The position numbers and the translations under genes are program-made. The notes beneath the pieces were generated by a model. That model was given only the letters and a program-made list of their open reading frames with translations, was not told the DNA's origin and did no database searches. 64,000 bases of DNA from an uncultured Alphaproteobacteria bacterium (GTDB lineage Bacteria > Pseudomonadota > Alphaproteobacteria > Rs-D84): the NCBI GenBank assembly GCA_946613195.1, contig CAMOFE010000001.1:8151-72150 (forward strand), written 5' to 3'. Below, piece after piece: positions 29,275-37,792 of this stretch; positions within the stretch are counted from its first letter, which is position 1, and each line of letters opens with the position of its first letter.

Positions 29275-30903
29275 ATGAAAAAAGTATTAAAACTTTTTGT
29301 GTTATGTTTGGCTGTCGGCACGATGGTGGCAGGTTGTGCAAAAAAAGAATCTGCCAAGGTTGCGGCCGCAGTTGATCAAAACTTTATCAATGCGTATGAC
29401 GCGTTTGAGATGGCAAAAAATCCACGCGCCAAGGTCGCCAGTGGCGATACTGTTTCTATGTCCGAAGGTGTTTGGTTGGGTAATAAATCAACCGTGTTGG
29501 AACACAAAAATAATCTGCCATCCCAGTTTGAGACGGATACAGGTGTAACAATTTTGTTAAACGAACCTGTTACACTGCAAGTGTTTGCAAATAATATAAA
29601 TTCCATTACAGGTATCCAGGTAAAAATAGACAGCCAAATTAATTCTGAAAAATTAAAAAGGACAATGAATATTGCCTACACTGGGAAACTGTCGGATTTG
29701 TTGTCCCAGGTCGCAACAGATTTAGATTTGCTGTGGTACTATGACAAAAGTTCTATTGTGTTTTACGAAACAGAAACAAAAACATTTACATTATATGCGC
29801 TGGGGACAGATGTGTCGTATCAATCATCTGTTCAGACAGATGAAGGAACGCAGGTGTCTTTGGAATCAACATTGCGCGAATGGGAAGAGGTTGAAAAGAC
29901 AATCGCATCTATTATTGGTAATACTGATAACGCGGAATTTACCGTTTCGCGCAGTTTAGGAACAATAACAGTTACCGCGCCACCGTCTGTGCAGACGCGT
30001 GTTGGTGAATATATTGCGCGTCAAAACCGCAGATTGTCGCAACTGGTAACGATTGATGTAAAAGTATTACAGGTATCAATTACTAATAATTCGGCATTTG
30101 GCCTGAATTTGGCGGCGGCGATTAACGCGGCATCAGGATTGAATATCGTTGCAAATCCCAAGAATAATTTAGCCGCGACCGAGGCCAGTTCAATGAATAT
30201 TGCTGTATTATCTAATACATTGTCGGCAATGACAGGTGCAACGCATTTGGTTAATGGTGTTGAAACAGCCGGCGCATATACATCTGATGATATAAACAAT
30301 GGTTCGTTGTCTGGTGTTGCAGGTTCCAGTGCGCTGATAGAGGCATTGGCCAAGCAGGGTAAAGTGTCTTTAGTTACAAATGTTGGTGTTACAACGCGTA
30401 ATAATCGTGTTGCCCCGGTAAATAATACGCGTACCACAGGTTATATTAAACGATTTGAATCGCGTACATTTACATCTGTGGAATCATCAACTGTGGATCA
30501 AGATAACTTGGAAACAGGTTTTGCTATGCAGTTGTTGCCAAATGTGCTGGAAAACGGGAAAATATTGTTGCTGTTCAGAATGTCTGTGCGTGAATTAATC
30601 AAAATGTCCAGCCAAACGATTGGCGAGGTTACCTTGCAATTACCCGAAGTTGAAGAACGCAGTTTTATGCAAGAAGTTATTATGGAATCAGGTCAAATGT
30701 TGGTCGTGTCCGGGTTTGAGAAGCAAACAAATAACGATACGCGTTATGGTTTGGGCGATCCTGATTTTATGGCGTTATCTGGTTCGCGTGAATCTGCTGC
30801 GCAACGCGATGTTTTGGTTGTTATATTAACACCACAAGTTTTGGTCAGTCCAATGGATGCCGAACGTAGTATTCAGCAACATTGGGGTGCACCATTAAAT
30901 TAA
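29275..30903 (+). CDS. Lipoprotein secretin of the type IVb pilus class (TcpC/BfpB/PilN-like)
   Basis: Lipobox (MVAGC). C-terminal secretin domain (..GQMLVVSGFEKQTNNDTRYGLGDPDFMALSGSRESAAQRDVLVVILTPQVL). 542 aa, the size of T4b secretins. Confidence 0.7.
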   Translation: MKKVLKLFVLCLAVGTMVAGCAKKESAKVAAAVDQNFINAYDAFEMAKNPRAKVASGDTVSMSEGVWLGNKSTVLEHKNNLPSQFETDTGVTILLNEPVTLQVFANNINSITGIQVKIDSQINSEKLKRTMNIAYTGKLSDLLSQVATDLDLLWYYDKSSIVFYETETKTFTLYALGTDVSYQSSVQTDEGTQVSLESTLREWEEVEKTIASIIGNTDNAEFTVSRSLGTITVTAPPSVQTRVGEYIARQNRRLSQLVTIDVKVLQVSITNNSAFGLNLAAAINAASGLNIVANPKNNLAATEASSMNIAVLSNTLSAMTGATHLVNGVETAGAYTSDDINNGSLSGVAGSSALIEALAKQGKVSLVTNVGVTTRNNRVAPVNNTRTTGYIKRFESRTFTSVESSTVDQDNLETGFAMQLLPNVLENGKILLLFRMSVRELIKMSSQTIGEVTLQLPEVEERSFMQEVIMESGQMLVVSGFEKQTNNDTRYGLGDPDFMALSGSRESAAQRDVLVVILTPQVLVSPMDAERSIQQHWGAPLN

Positions 30904-30955
30904 AAAAGTAAAAAAACATGTTGTGTTACATAGTGATTTTGTGATATAAATCATT

Positions 30956-31387
30956 ATGAAAAAAAGAGAGGGACCGCAAGCGCGGATATTAAGGGACTTA
31001 GAGATGCGTTTGTTAAAGTTATGTTTAGGATGTTCTGTGATTATTGCAACATTTAATTGTTGTATATTCAATGCGGATGCTGAAATTGCCAGTGTTGGTT
31101 ATGTTACCAGCAAGATATCAAATACTGTTTCAGATCAATCAACAAATGACCAGGCAGCCAGTGCGGCCGCAACATATACATTCAGTTCTAATGCCAATAA
31201 TTTAACATCTGGTACTGTTGCGCCTGCGCGTTTACCAGATGCAACCACATCCGCCAAAGGTGCGGTTATGATTGGCACAACGGCCAGCACGGTTGCTGTT
31301 GGAAATGATCAACGGTTTGATACGGTCGCAACAACTGCACCATCGGGCAGTCCAGATACAGGTCGTGCATTTATTTGGTTTCAATAA
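30956..31387 (+). CDS. Small secreted Ser/Thr/Ala-rich protein with phage-tail-fibre-like repeat
   Basis: Hydrophobic/Cys N-terminal segment (LLKLCLGCSVIIATFNCC), then ..NLTSGTVAPARLPDATTSAKGAVMIGTTASTVAVGNDQR.., which resembles the phage tail-fibre repeat (ATT..KG.V.LAT....AGTD..KAVTP..L). Confidence 0.4.
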   Translation: MKKREGPQARILRDLEMRLLKLCLGCSVIIATFNCCIFNADAEIASVGYVTSKISNTVSDQSTNDQAASAAATYTFSSNANNLTSGTVAPARLPDATTSAKGAVMIGTTASTVAVGNDQRFDTVATTAPSGSPDTGRAFIWFQ

Positions 31388-31413
31388 AAAATCCCGCAAA
31401 GTGGGATTTTTTA
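31386..31413. terminator. Bidirectional Rho-independent terminator
   Basis: AAAAAATCCCGCAAAGTGGGATTTTTTA between two convergent genes. Confidence 0.6.
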
Positions 31414-31899
31414 TTTTTGTTTAGTATTTATTTGATTTATAAATTTATTTCGTATTTGTATTTGATGATTCATATCTTGTCTGGATGCGTGATTCATTCG
31501 TTCCAGCGGATTAACAACGCACGCCATAACAATATTTGTTGGATACAGTTGTAATACAGGTTCGCCTGTTTCTTTGTCCAGATATTCAACAATTGTGCTG
31601 GCCAATTTTTCGCCCATAACAGGTTTCAGTGTATCAAATGCATTGACCATATTGTTTGCACCGGGATTTGGAAATTGTGTGGTGTGCAACCAATCAGAAG
31701 TATTTTGCACTGTTTCGCCGTTTAACACAATAACCGCCAAAGGCGTCATTTGACATAATTCCCATGCAGATAGATTTGCCATAACATCAGATATTTTTAC
31801 AATATATGTATTTTTTTTCTTGCGTGTTGGACCAAAAGTTTTATTTTTTTCGCTTTGTACTGGTGTTTTATTATTATCGCGTTTGCCGAAAAGTTTCAT
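31411..31899 (-). CDS. Hypothetical protein with Lys-rich N-terminus
   Basis: 162-aa ORF with good coding periodicity. No motif recognised. Confidence 0.45.
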   Translation of the reverse strand: MKLFGKRDNNKTPVQSEKNKTFGPTRKKKNTYIVKISDVMANLSAWELCQMTPLAVIVLNGETVQNTSDWLHTTQFPNPGANNMVNAFDTLKPVMGEKLASTIVEYLDKETGEPVLQLYPTNIVMACVVNPLERMNHASRQDMNHQIQIRNKFINQINTKQK

Positions 31900-32010
31900 G
31901 GTAATATCCTTTGGTTATATTGAATATATAACACAGTTGCACAATTTGTCAATATTGGTTCATAAAAAAATACCCCATTTTGGGGTACAAAAATATTAAA
32001 TTATAAAAAT

Positions 32011-32271
32011 CTATGCCATTTTGGACAATTTTTGCGCCAAACGTGAAACCTTGCGTTGTGCACGACCGCGTGGGGTAACCTTGCCAACGGATTTCATAAT
32101 TTTGCTTTCTGCGTTACGTACCGCAGCCGTTGCCGCAGCCTTGTCCCCAGATTCAATGGCGACCAATGCTTTCTTGGTTGCTGTCTTAACAGCACTGCGA
32201 CGTGCGTTGTTAATTGCGTTCTTTTTGGCCGAAACCAAAATTCTTTTATCAGATGACTTGTGATTTGCCAC
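32011..32271 (-). CDS. rpsT: 30S ribosomal protein S20
   Basis: 86 aa (MANHKSSDKRILVSAKKNAINNARRSAVKTATKK..), a canonical S20. Confidence 0.92.
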   Translation of the reverse strand: MANHKSSDKRILVSAKKNAINNARRSAVKTATKKALVAIESGDKAAATAAVRNAESKIMKSVGKVTPRGRAQRKVSRLAQKLSKMA

Positions 32272-32344
32272 TTTATTTTCCTTTTATTTTTAACAAGTTT
32301 TTGATATTTTATAAAAAACAAACAGAAAATCAAGGAAAAATAAT

Positions 32345-32932
32345 ATGGTATATGTTTTATGTGTTTTATTATCTTATTTATTGGGCAGTATTCCCATGGG
32401 ATTGTTACTGACGCGTATCACAGGGCGGGGCGATTTGCGCCGCGTCGGCAGCGGGAATATCGGCGCAACAAATGTTATGCGTGTTGGCGGATTGCGATTG
32501 GCGGGCTTGACATGGATTTTAGATATGGCCAAGGCGGCAATCGCAGTTATTCTGGGTGGCGCATTTGGGGATATTACATTTGCTGCGATTTGTGGACTGG
32601 GGGCTATTATTGGGCATTGTTATCCTGTTTGGTTGCGTTTTCGTGGTGGCAAGGGTATTTCCGCAATGTTTGGTGTGATTTTGGCAATCAATCCAGTGTT
32701 GTTTATTATATGTGGCATTGAATGGTTGATTGTTGCATTGTCCAGTGGTTTTTCATCACTGGGGGCAATTATTGTATTATGTTTACTGCCATTTTTAGGT
32801 TTTGCGATTGGTTGTGGTGTTGGTTTTGTGTTTTTAGCAATATCTATATTATGCCTGTGGCGACACCGTGAAAATATTGGGCGTTTGGTCGGTGGAACAG
32901 AATCCAAAGTTCAATGGAAATGGAAAAAATAA
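32345..32932 (+). CDS. plsY: Glycerol-3-phosphate acyltransferase PlsY
   Basis: GSIPMG..R..GSGNIGATNV and GGKG motifs, 195 aa. Confidence 0.9.
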   Translation: MVYVLCVLLSYLLGSIPMGLLLTRITGRGDLRRVGSGNIGATNVMRVGGLRLAGLTWILDMAKAAIAVILGGAFGDITFAAICGLGAIIGHCYPVWLRFRGGKGISAMFGVILAINPVLFIICGIEWLIVALSSGFSSLGAIIVLCLLPFLGFAIGCGVGFVFLAISILCLWRHRENIGRLVGGTESKVQWKWKK

Positions 32933-32938
32933 TTTTTT

Positions 32939-32965
32939 ATCCGCGAAAATTCGCGGATTTTTTAT
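32939..32965 (+). terminator. Rho-independent terminator
   Basis: TTATCCGCGAAAATTCGCGGATTTTTTAT after plsY. Confidence 0.6.
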
Positions 32966-33026
32966 TTGTATATTGTTTTTTATGTAAATTTGTGATATAA
33001 TATGGTCGTTATTATGGGGAAAGAGA

Positions 33027-33836
33027 ATGAAAAAAACAGTTATCTTTTTAATATCTGCTTTGCTTTTAATGCCGGCATTTGCGGCGCCTGGGGATTCTGC
33101 ACGGCGCAGTATGTCTGATCAAATGGTTGCCGCACCACGTGCAACGGCATCGGTGGGTCAGTTAAATGCGACATCGGCGGCCAAAAAGTCCAGTATCAAG
33201 GTTGAAACAGATATGATTGCGGCACCGGTTGCAGATGAACAAAATCGCCGTGATAAAGAAAAAGAAGCGTGCCAGGGTAATAATATCGGTATTGGAAATA
33301 CTTTTGTTTGGGCGTCGCGTTACAGTAATTCATCCAGTTATGCATCTATGGTAGAAGATGTCAACAACCCTGAAAATAACGTTTGTTTTGTCAAGGTTGA
33401 TATGAAATCCAGCGATTCGCGTATAAATTTATCTGATATCCCCAGTAAATATTTTGTTATGGGTAATACAATTAATTGTGGTTCTTGGGTTGACGAAGAC
33501 GCATTACAAAAACGTATCTTGGATGCCAAGAAAACAGGACGCGCGTTGGCAACCGTTGGCGGTGTTGTTGGTGGTGCGGGCTTGGGCGTTGGCGCAATGG
33601 AATTGTTTGGTAACAAATTAATTGGTGGCAAGGTTATGGGTCAAAAAGATGAAAAACTGACAGAAACCGAAGTGTTTGTATCCCAGATGTTGGTTCTGAA
33701 ACAAGAAAATCGCGCAGAATATGATAAAATAATTAAAGAGTTGGAAAGCATACAATCGGAATGCAAGAATAATAACATTAAAGAATGTGCTGAATTGGAT
33801 TATGCCGCTTTGCTGAAAACACAGGATAACCAATAA
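33027..33836 (+). CDS. Secreted hypothetical protein with Gly-zipper segment
   Basis: Signal peptide (..LLMPAFA). 269 aa. Gly-zipper GGVVGGAGLGVGAMELFG near the C-terminal third, then a charged helical tail with 2 Cys. Confidence 0.5.
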   Translation: MKKTVIFLISALLLMPAFAAPGDSARRSMSDQMVAAPRATASVGQLNATSAAKKSSIKVETDMIAAPVADEQNRRDKEKEACQGNNIGIGNTFVWASRYSNSSSYASMVEDVNNPENNVCFVKVDMKSSDSRINLSDIPSKYFVMGNTINCGSWVDEDALQKRILDAKKTGRALATVGGVVGGAGLGVGAMELFGNKLIGGKVMGQKDEKLTETEVFVSQMLVLKQENRAEYDKIIKELESIQSECKNNNIKECAELDYAALLKTQDNQ

Positions 33837-33843
33837 TTTAATA

Positions 33844-33868
33844 AAATCCCGCATTGCGGGATTTTTTG
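33844..33868 (+). terminator. Rho-independent terminator
   Basis: AAAATCCCGCATTGCGGGATTTTTTG. Confidence 0.6.
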
Positions 33869-33899
33869 TTGTACTTTTTTTATATAAATTCCGTATAGT

Positions 33900-34928
33900 A
33901 TGCATATGTCTGAATTATTTGCGCGTTTGTTGATTTTGCGTACACCTGGAATTGGCCCGGCGAAATATAGTGCACTGATTCGTAAATTTGGCGATGTTCG
34001 TACCGCCGCAGATAGTTTACAATCAAACACCGCGCATTGTGATATGGTGCGCCGTGAAATGGATTTGGCGGCACAATTAAATATACATTATATATGTGAT
34101 GACGATTCGGTATATCCTGCAAATTTGCGGATGGTTAAAAATCATCCACCTGTAATCAGTGTGCGCGGAAATATTGAAACATTATCGCGACCGATTGTGT
34201 CAATTGTTGGTACACGTCATGCAACAGGTGTTGGTATGCGATTCGTTGCAGATTTATCACGTGAATTTGCATCGCGTGGTTTTGCTGTTGCATCTGGGAT
34301 GGCGATTGGATGTGATACCGCCGCGCATCGTGGTGCATTAAATGTGGTTGGCACGAATCAGACTATTGCAGTTTTGGCGGGTGGTGTGGATTATATCTGG
34401 CCGGCTGAAAACGAATCGCTGTATTGGGAAATTGTCGCGCGCGGTGCGGTTATCAGTGAAATGCCTGTGGGTTTTGTCCCCATCGCAACTAATTTTATTC
34501 AACGTAATCGTTGGGTTGCAGGATTGTGTGATAAATTAATACTGGGCGAGGCGGATATAAATTCAGGCAGTATGGCAACAGCCCGATTCGCAATAGAATA
34601 CGGTCGCGAAATTTGGGCGATACCGTCGCATCCCGCAGATTCGCGCAGCACGGGCCCAAATTCGTTGATTGCGTCCCACGCGGCGAAATTATGTTCGGGG
34701 GTATCGGACTTTTTTGGCGATGACAAAACATCTGCCAAATCAGAAAAAAATGAAAAAAATTTAGATTCGGAAAATTCTGTTTTAGATGCGTTGGGAACAA
34801 TTCCTGTGTCTGAATCTGTATTGGCACAAATTGTCAAAAAATCTGTTTCGGAAATAAAACGCGAATTGGTCGTGTTAGAATTACAAGGTTTGGCGCGCAA
34901 AACAGATACAGGTTATGTCCGTATATGA
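33900..34928 (+). CDS. dprA: DNA-processing protein A (DprA/Smf)
   Basis: Rossmann-like DprA core (IVGTRHAT..G......LA..G..VASGMA.G.D..AH.GAL) and a C-terminal winged-helix tail. 342 aa. Confidence 0.85.
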   Translation: MHMSELFARLLILRTPGIGPAKYSALIRKFGDVRTAADSLQSNTAHCDMVRREMDLAAQLNIHYICDDDSVYPANLRMVKNHPPVISVRGNIETLSRPIVSIVGTRHATGVGMRFVADLSREFASRGFAVASGMAIGCDTAAHRGALNVVGTNQTIAVLAGGVDYIWPAENESLYWEIVARGAVISEMPVGFVPIATNFIQRNRWVAGLCDKLILGEADINSGSMATARFAIEYGREIWAIPSHPADSRSTGPNSLIASHAAKLCSGVSDFFGDDKTSAKSEKNEKNLDSENSVLDALGTIPVSESVLAQIVKKSVSEIKRELVVLELQGLARKTDTGYVRI

Positions 34929-35195
34929 AAGATTTCTTGTATATACAGTGTATATACAAAGCGCAGAAATCAGGCATAAAACCGAATCGTTGTCAAAAAA
35001 TAAATCGTAAAAAAACATTTAACATTTGGTTGCAAACGAATATTTATATTCTACATTATCAAACGTAATCAGAACGATAAAAAATCTTTTTTGTGATTAC
35101 ACAACAAACTTACGCGGAGAGGGATGAAACACAGTAGGGGCACAAACATAAATACTAAATTTTTTTCGTAAATTACGGATAAATTTGGCGTTTAT

Positions 35196-36539
35196 GTGCG
35201 GGTGGTTTTTACACTCTTGCGCGGGCAGGAAACTCTTTTAAGGAAGGAAAGGAGAAACGGCATGCAGGCAGCGGCAACAAAACAAATAATAAACTTGGAA
35301 AACATCCGGGGTGCGATTGCCGCCAAAATTGATTCTGCCGCGTTTACTTCTTGGATTGAACCACTGAAATTTAGTATTTGTGATGGCGTGCTGGTATTGG
35401 GTGCACAAAATCAATTCTCGGCTGATTATATAGCCAGTGTTTATAATGGTGTGTTATCTGCTGTTGCGGCTGAATTTGGTTTGACATTGTCAATATATGT
35501 TGCGTCTGTGCCTGTTGCGACAACAAAAATCGCGAACGACAACAACACACAAAATTATGCGCCGGCGACACCAGATGTTACGGCGCATATTGCATTTGAT
35601 GATTTTGTATCGTCTGATGAAAATGCATTTGTATTATCTGCGGCGCGCAGGGTCGCGACAGGCGCAGTATCTTTTTCACCACTGTTTATATATGGGCCGG
35701 CGGGTTGTGGTAAAACATTATTGGCAAATTGTATAAATTCATCTGCCACGGGTCGTGTTGTTATGATGTCTGGGGCACAATTTGTTGCAGAATTTACACG
35801 CAGTTTGGCGACACACACAATTTTCGCATTCAAGGATTTTTGTCGCAATTGTGATACATTTATTCTGGACGATATTCAGGTCTTGGCGGGCAAGCGCGCA
35901 ACAATGGACGAATTTATGCAACTGGTTATTGATTTACGCGAAGCGGGCAAAAACGTTGTGTTAACATCTGCGCAATCCCCAAACAATTTATCTGGGTTTG
36001 ACAGACGCGCACAATCATTATTGGCATCGGGCTTGGTTGCGGATATGGTGGCACCTGATAAAAACGCGCGTCGTACAATTTTGATTCGTTCTGGCGTTGC
36101 AAATGATGTTGCAGAATATATTGCCGCGCATACAACTGCAAATGGTCATACAATTGCCGGCGTTGCAAATAAAATCAAAACATACAGTGAATTAATGGGT
36201 CAATCGGTTGATATTGATACTGCATCGCGCCTGTTGGCAGATACACTGGAAAAATCCAAGACACCGATTGCGATGGTACGCGATATGTGTGAAAAACTGG
36301 GCGTGTCGTATGATTCTGTGTGCGGGGCAGGGCGTGGTCGTCGTTTGGTCTTGGCACGCCAGATAATGATGGTTGTATTAAAAGATGTTACAAATTTATC
36401 ATTGGCGGAAATTGGGAATATGGTTGGTGGTCGCGATCATGCAACGGTTTTGTATGCGATTCGCCAGATAGAAAAATTAAAACAGTCAGACTTGGTTTTG
36501 TCTGCGCAAATTAATCAGTTTATTTCAGATTGCAGATAG
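35196..36539 (+). CDS. dnaA: Chromosomal replication initiator DnaA (divergent)
   Basis: AAA+ P-loop (GPAGCGKTLL), sensor motifs, and C-terminal domain IV with HTH (..GGRDHATVLYAIRQIEKL..). The likely true start is the internal MQAAATK, preceded by a GGAAAGGAGA RBS. Confidence 0.8.
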   Translation: MRVVFTLLRGQETLLRKERRNGMQAAATKQIINLENIRGAIAAKIDSAAFTSWIEPLKFSICDGVLVLGAQNQFSADYIASVYNGVLSAVAAEFGLTLSIYVASVPVATTKIANDNNTQNYAPATPDVTAHIAFDDFVSSDENAFVLSAARRVATGAVSFSPLFIYGPAGCGKTLLANCINSSATGRVVMMSGAQFVAEFTRSLATHTIFAFKDFCRNCDTFILDDIQVLAGKRATMDEFMQLVIDLREAGKNVVLTSAQSPNNLSGFDRRAQSLLASGLVADMVAPDKNARRTILIRSGVANDVAEYIAAHTTANGHTIAGVANKIKTYSELMGQSVDIDTASRLLADTLEKSKTPIAMVRDMCEKLGVSYDSVCGAGRGRRLVLARQIMMVVLKDVTNLSLAEIGNMVGGRDHATVLYAIRQIEKLKQSDLVLSAQINQFISDCR

Positions 36540-36592
36540 GTTGGATTTAGTGCTGAATAACTTTTTGTTAAATTGTTTTTGTTTGTTGTTGT

Positions 36593-36620
36593 AAAAAATC
36601 CGGCGATGCCGGATTTTTTA
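36593..36620 (+). terminator. Rho-independent terminator
   Basis: AAAAAATCCGGCGATGCCGGATTTTTTAT after dnaA. Confidence 0.65.
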
Positions 36621-36651
36621 TTATGAATAATGTGAATTTTGTGATAAAATA

Positions 36652-37701
36652 ATGCGTGAATGTAATGCGATGGGGGAAATTCCAATGTTATTAAAACGTT
36701 TTGCAATATTTACAATTCTGGCGGGTGTGTTTGCAACATATGCTGCCACCGCCGCGGTTGACCCAAGAACAGAGTGTGTAAGAGAGGGTTGGTATACTAC
36801 TTATTATTATAATACTTCTGAAATAATTCAGGCAGATTATGCCATTTATTTTGATAATAATGTATCAACTATACCTGAAGATTGTAAAACAGAAGTGCAA
36901 AGTGTAATTAATGAATTGAAAAAGAAAAACAACGATATTGAAACAATATTATTGTTTGGTTCGGCAGATGCAACAGCGGGTGCAAATAGGGATGCAGAAT
37001 TAGGTATGAAACGTGCAAATACTGTTGCTAATTTATTAAAATATGCTGGTTTGGATTTTTGTTATTCTGAAAAATGTGATAATAGAACAGCAAAAGTATC
37101 CATGGGTGACGCAATGAATCGGGCGCAAGGATATATGGATTCTGATTTTTTTGCACGTGCTGTTTATATGTTCGTGATTTACAAGGGTGATGTTTGCAAT
37201 AAATCTACTATGGGCAGTATAGATGGTTTGTTAAGTCGCGTTAATAAACTATTAACAGAAAAACCAAATGATACGACATTAACAAAGGTAAAATCACAGT
37301 TAGAAACGGCAAAACAAACTTGTGGCGAAGTGAATAAAGTATTATTCCGTTCAGAACGTGAAAGTATTATGACGGCAATCAAATATGCAATTGATAATTT
37401 CCCTGAATTAAAATCTGTGGTAACTGTTGATGTCAGTTTATCTGCGCGAATAATGGCAATCAGGGCACGGTTGTCGGGAATGAAACGTTCTGCATGGAAA
37501 ACGACAGACGGTAAATTTAACACTGCGCGTCTGGCATCGGATTCAGTTGCGGGTGTTGTGCTGGGAACCGCCGGCGGTTTAATCACCAGTCATCTGGTTA
37601 AAAAGAGCCAATTAAAGAAAGGTATGGAAGATATTAAATGTGCAATCGGTGGACAAGAGGTTGCATCATACGGTGATGACTTTACTGTTGGGGTACGCTA
37701 A
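36652..37701 (+). CDS. Secreted protein with OmpA/MotB-like peptidoglycan-binding domain in its N-terminal half
   Basis: Signal peptide. ..ILLFGSADATAGANRDAELGMKRANTVANLL..FFARAVYMFVI resembles the OmpA_C-like core (G.TD..G....N..LS..RA..V...L, NRRVE.). The C-terminal 170 aa are unknown. Confidence 0.5.
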   Translation: MRECNAMGEIPMLLKRFAIFTILAGVFATYAATAAVDPRTECVREGWYTTYYYNTSEIIQADYAIYFDNNVSTIPEDCKTEVQSVINELKKKNNDIETILLFGSADATAGANRDAELGMKRANTVANLLKYAGLDFCYSEKCDNRTAKVSMGDAMNRAQGYMDSDFFARAVYMFVIYKGDVCNKSTMGSIDGLLSRVNKLLTEKPNDTTLTKVKSQLETAKQTCGEVNKVLFRSERESIMTAIKYAIDNFPELKSVVTVDVSLSARIMAIRARLSGMKRSAWKTTDGKFNTARLASDSVAGVVLGTAGGLITSHLVKKSQLKKGMEDIKCAIGGQEVASYGDDFTVGVR

Positions 37702-37728
37702 AAAAATCCGGCAACGCCGGATTTTTTA
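37702..37728 (+). terminator. Rho-independent terminator
   Basis: AAAAAATCCGGCAACGCCGGATTTTTTAT. Confidence 0.65.
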
Positions 37729-37734
37729 TTAAAA

Positions 37735-37792
37735 CGCAGAGAGCAAAGAGCAACGAAAGTACCAGCAACCAAAAAATCATAAATCATAAATC
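37735..37792. repeat. Dispersed repeat family B copy
   Basis: CAGAGAGCAAAGAGCAACGAAAGTACCAGCAACCAAAAAATCATAAATCATAAATC, matching 8984-9034 and 45035-45085. Confidence 0.6.
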
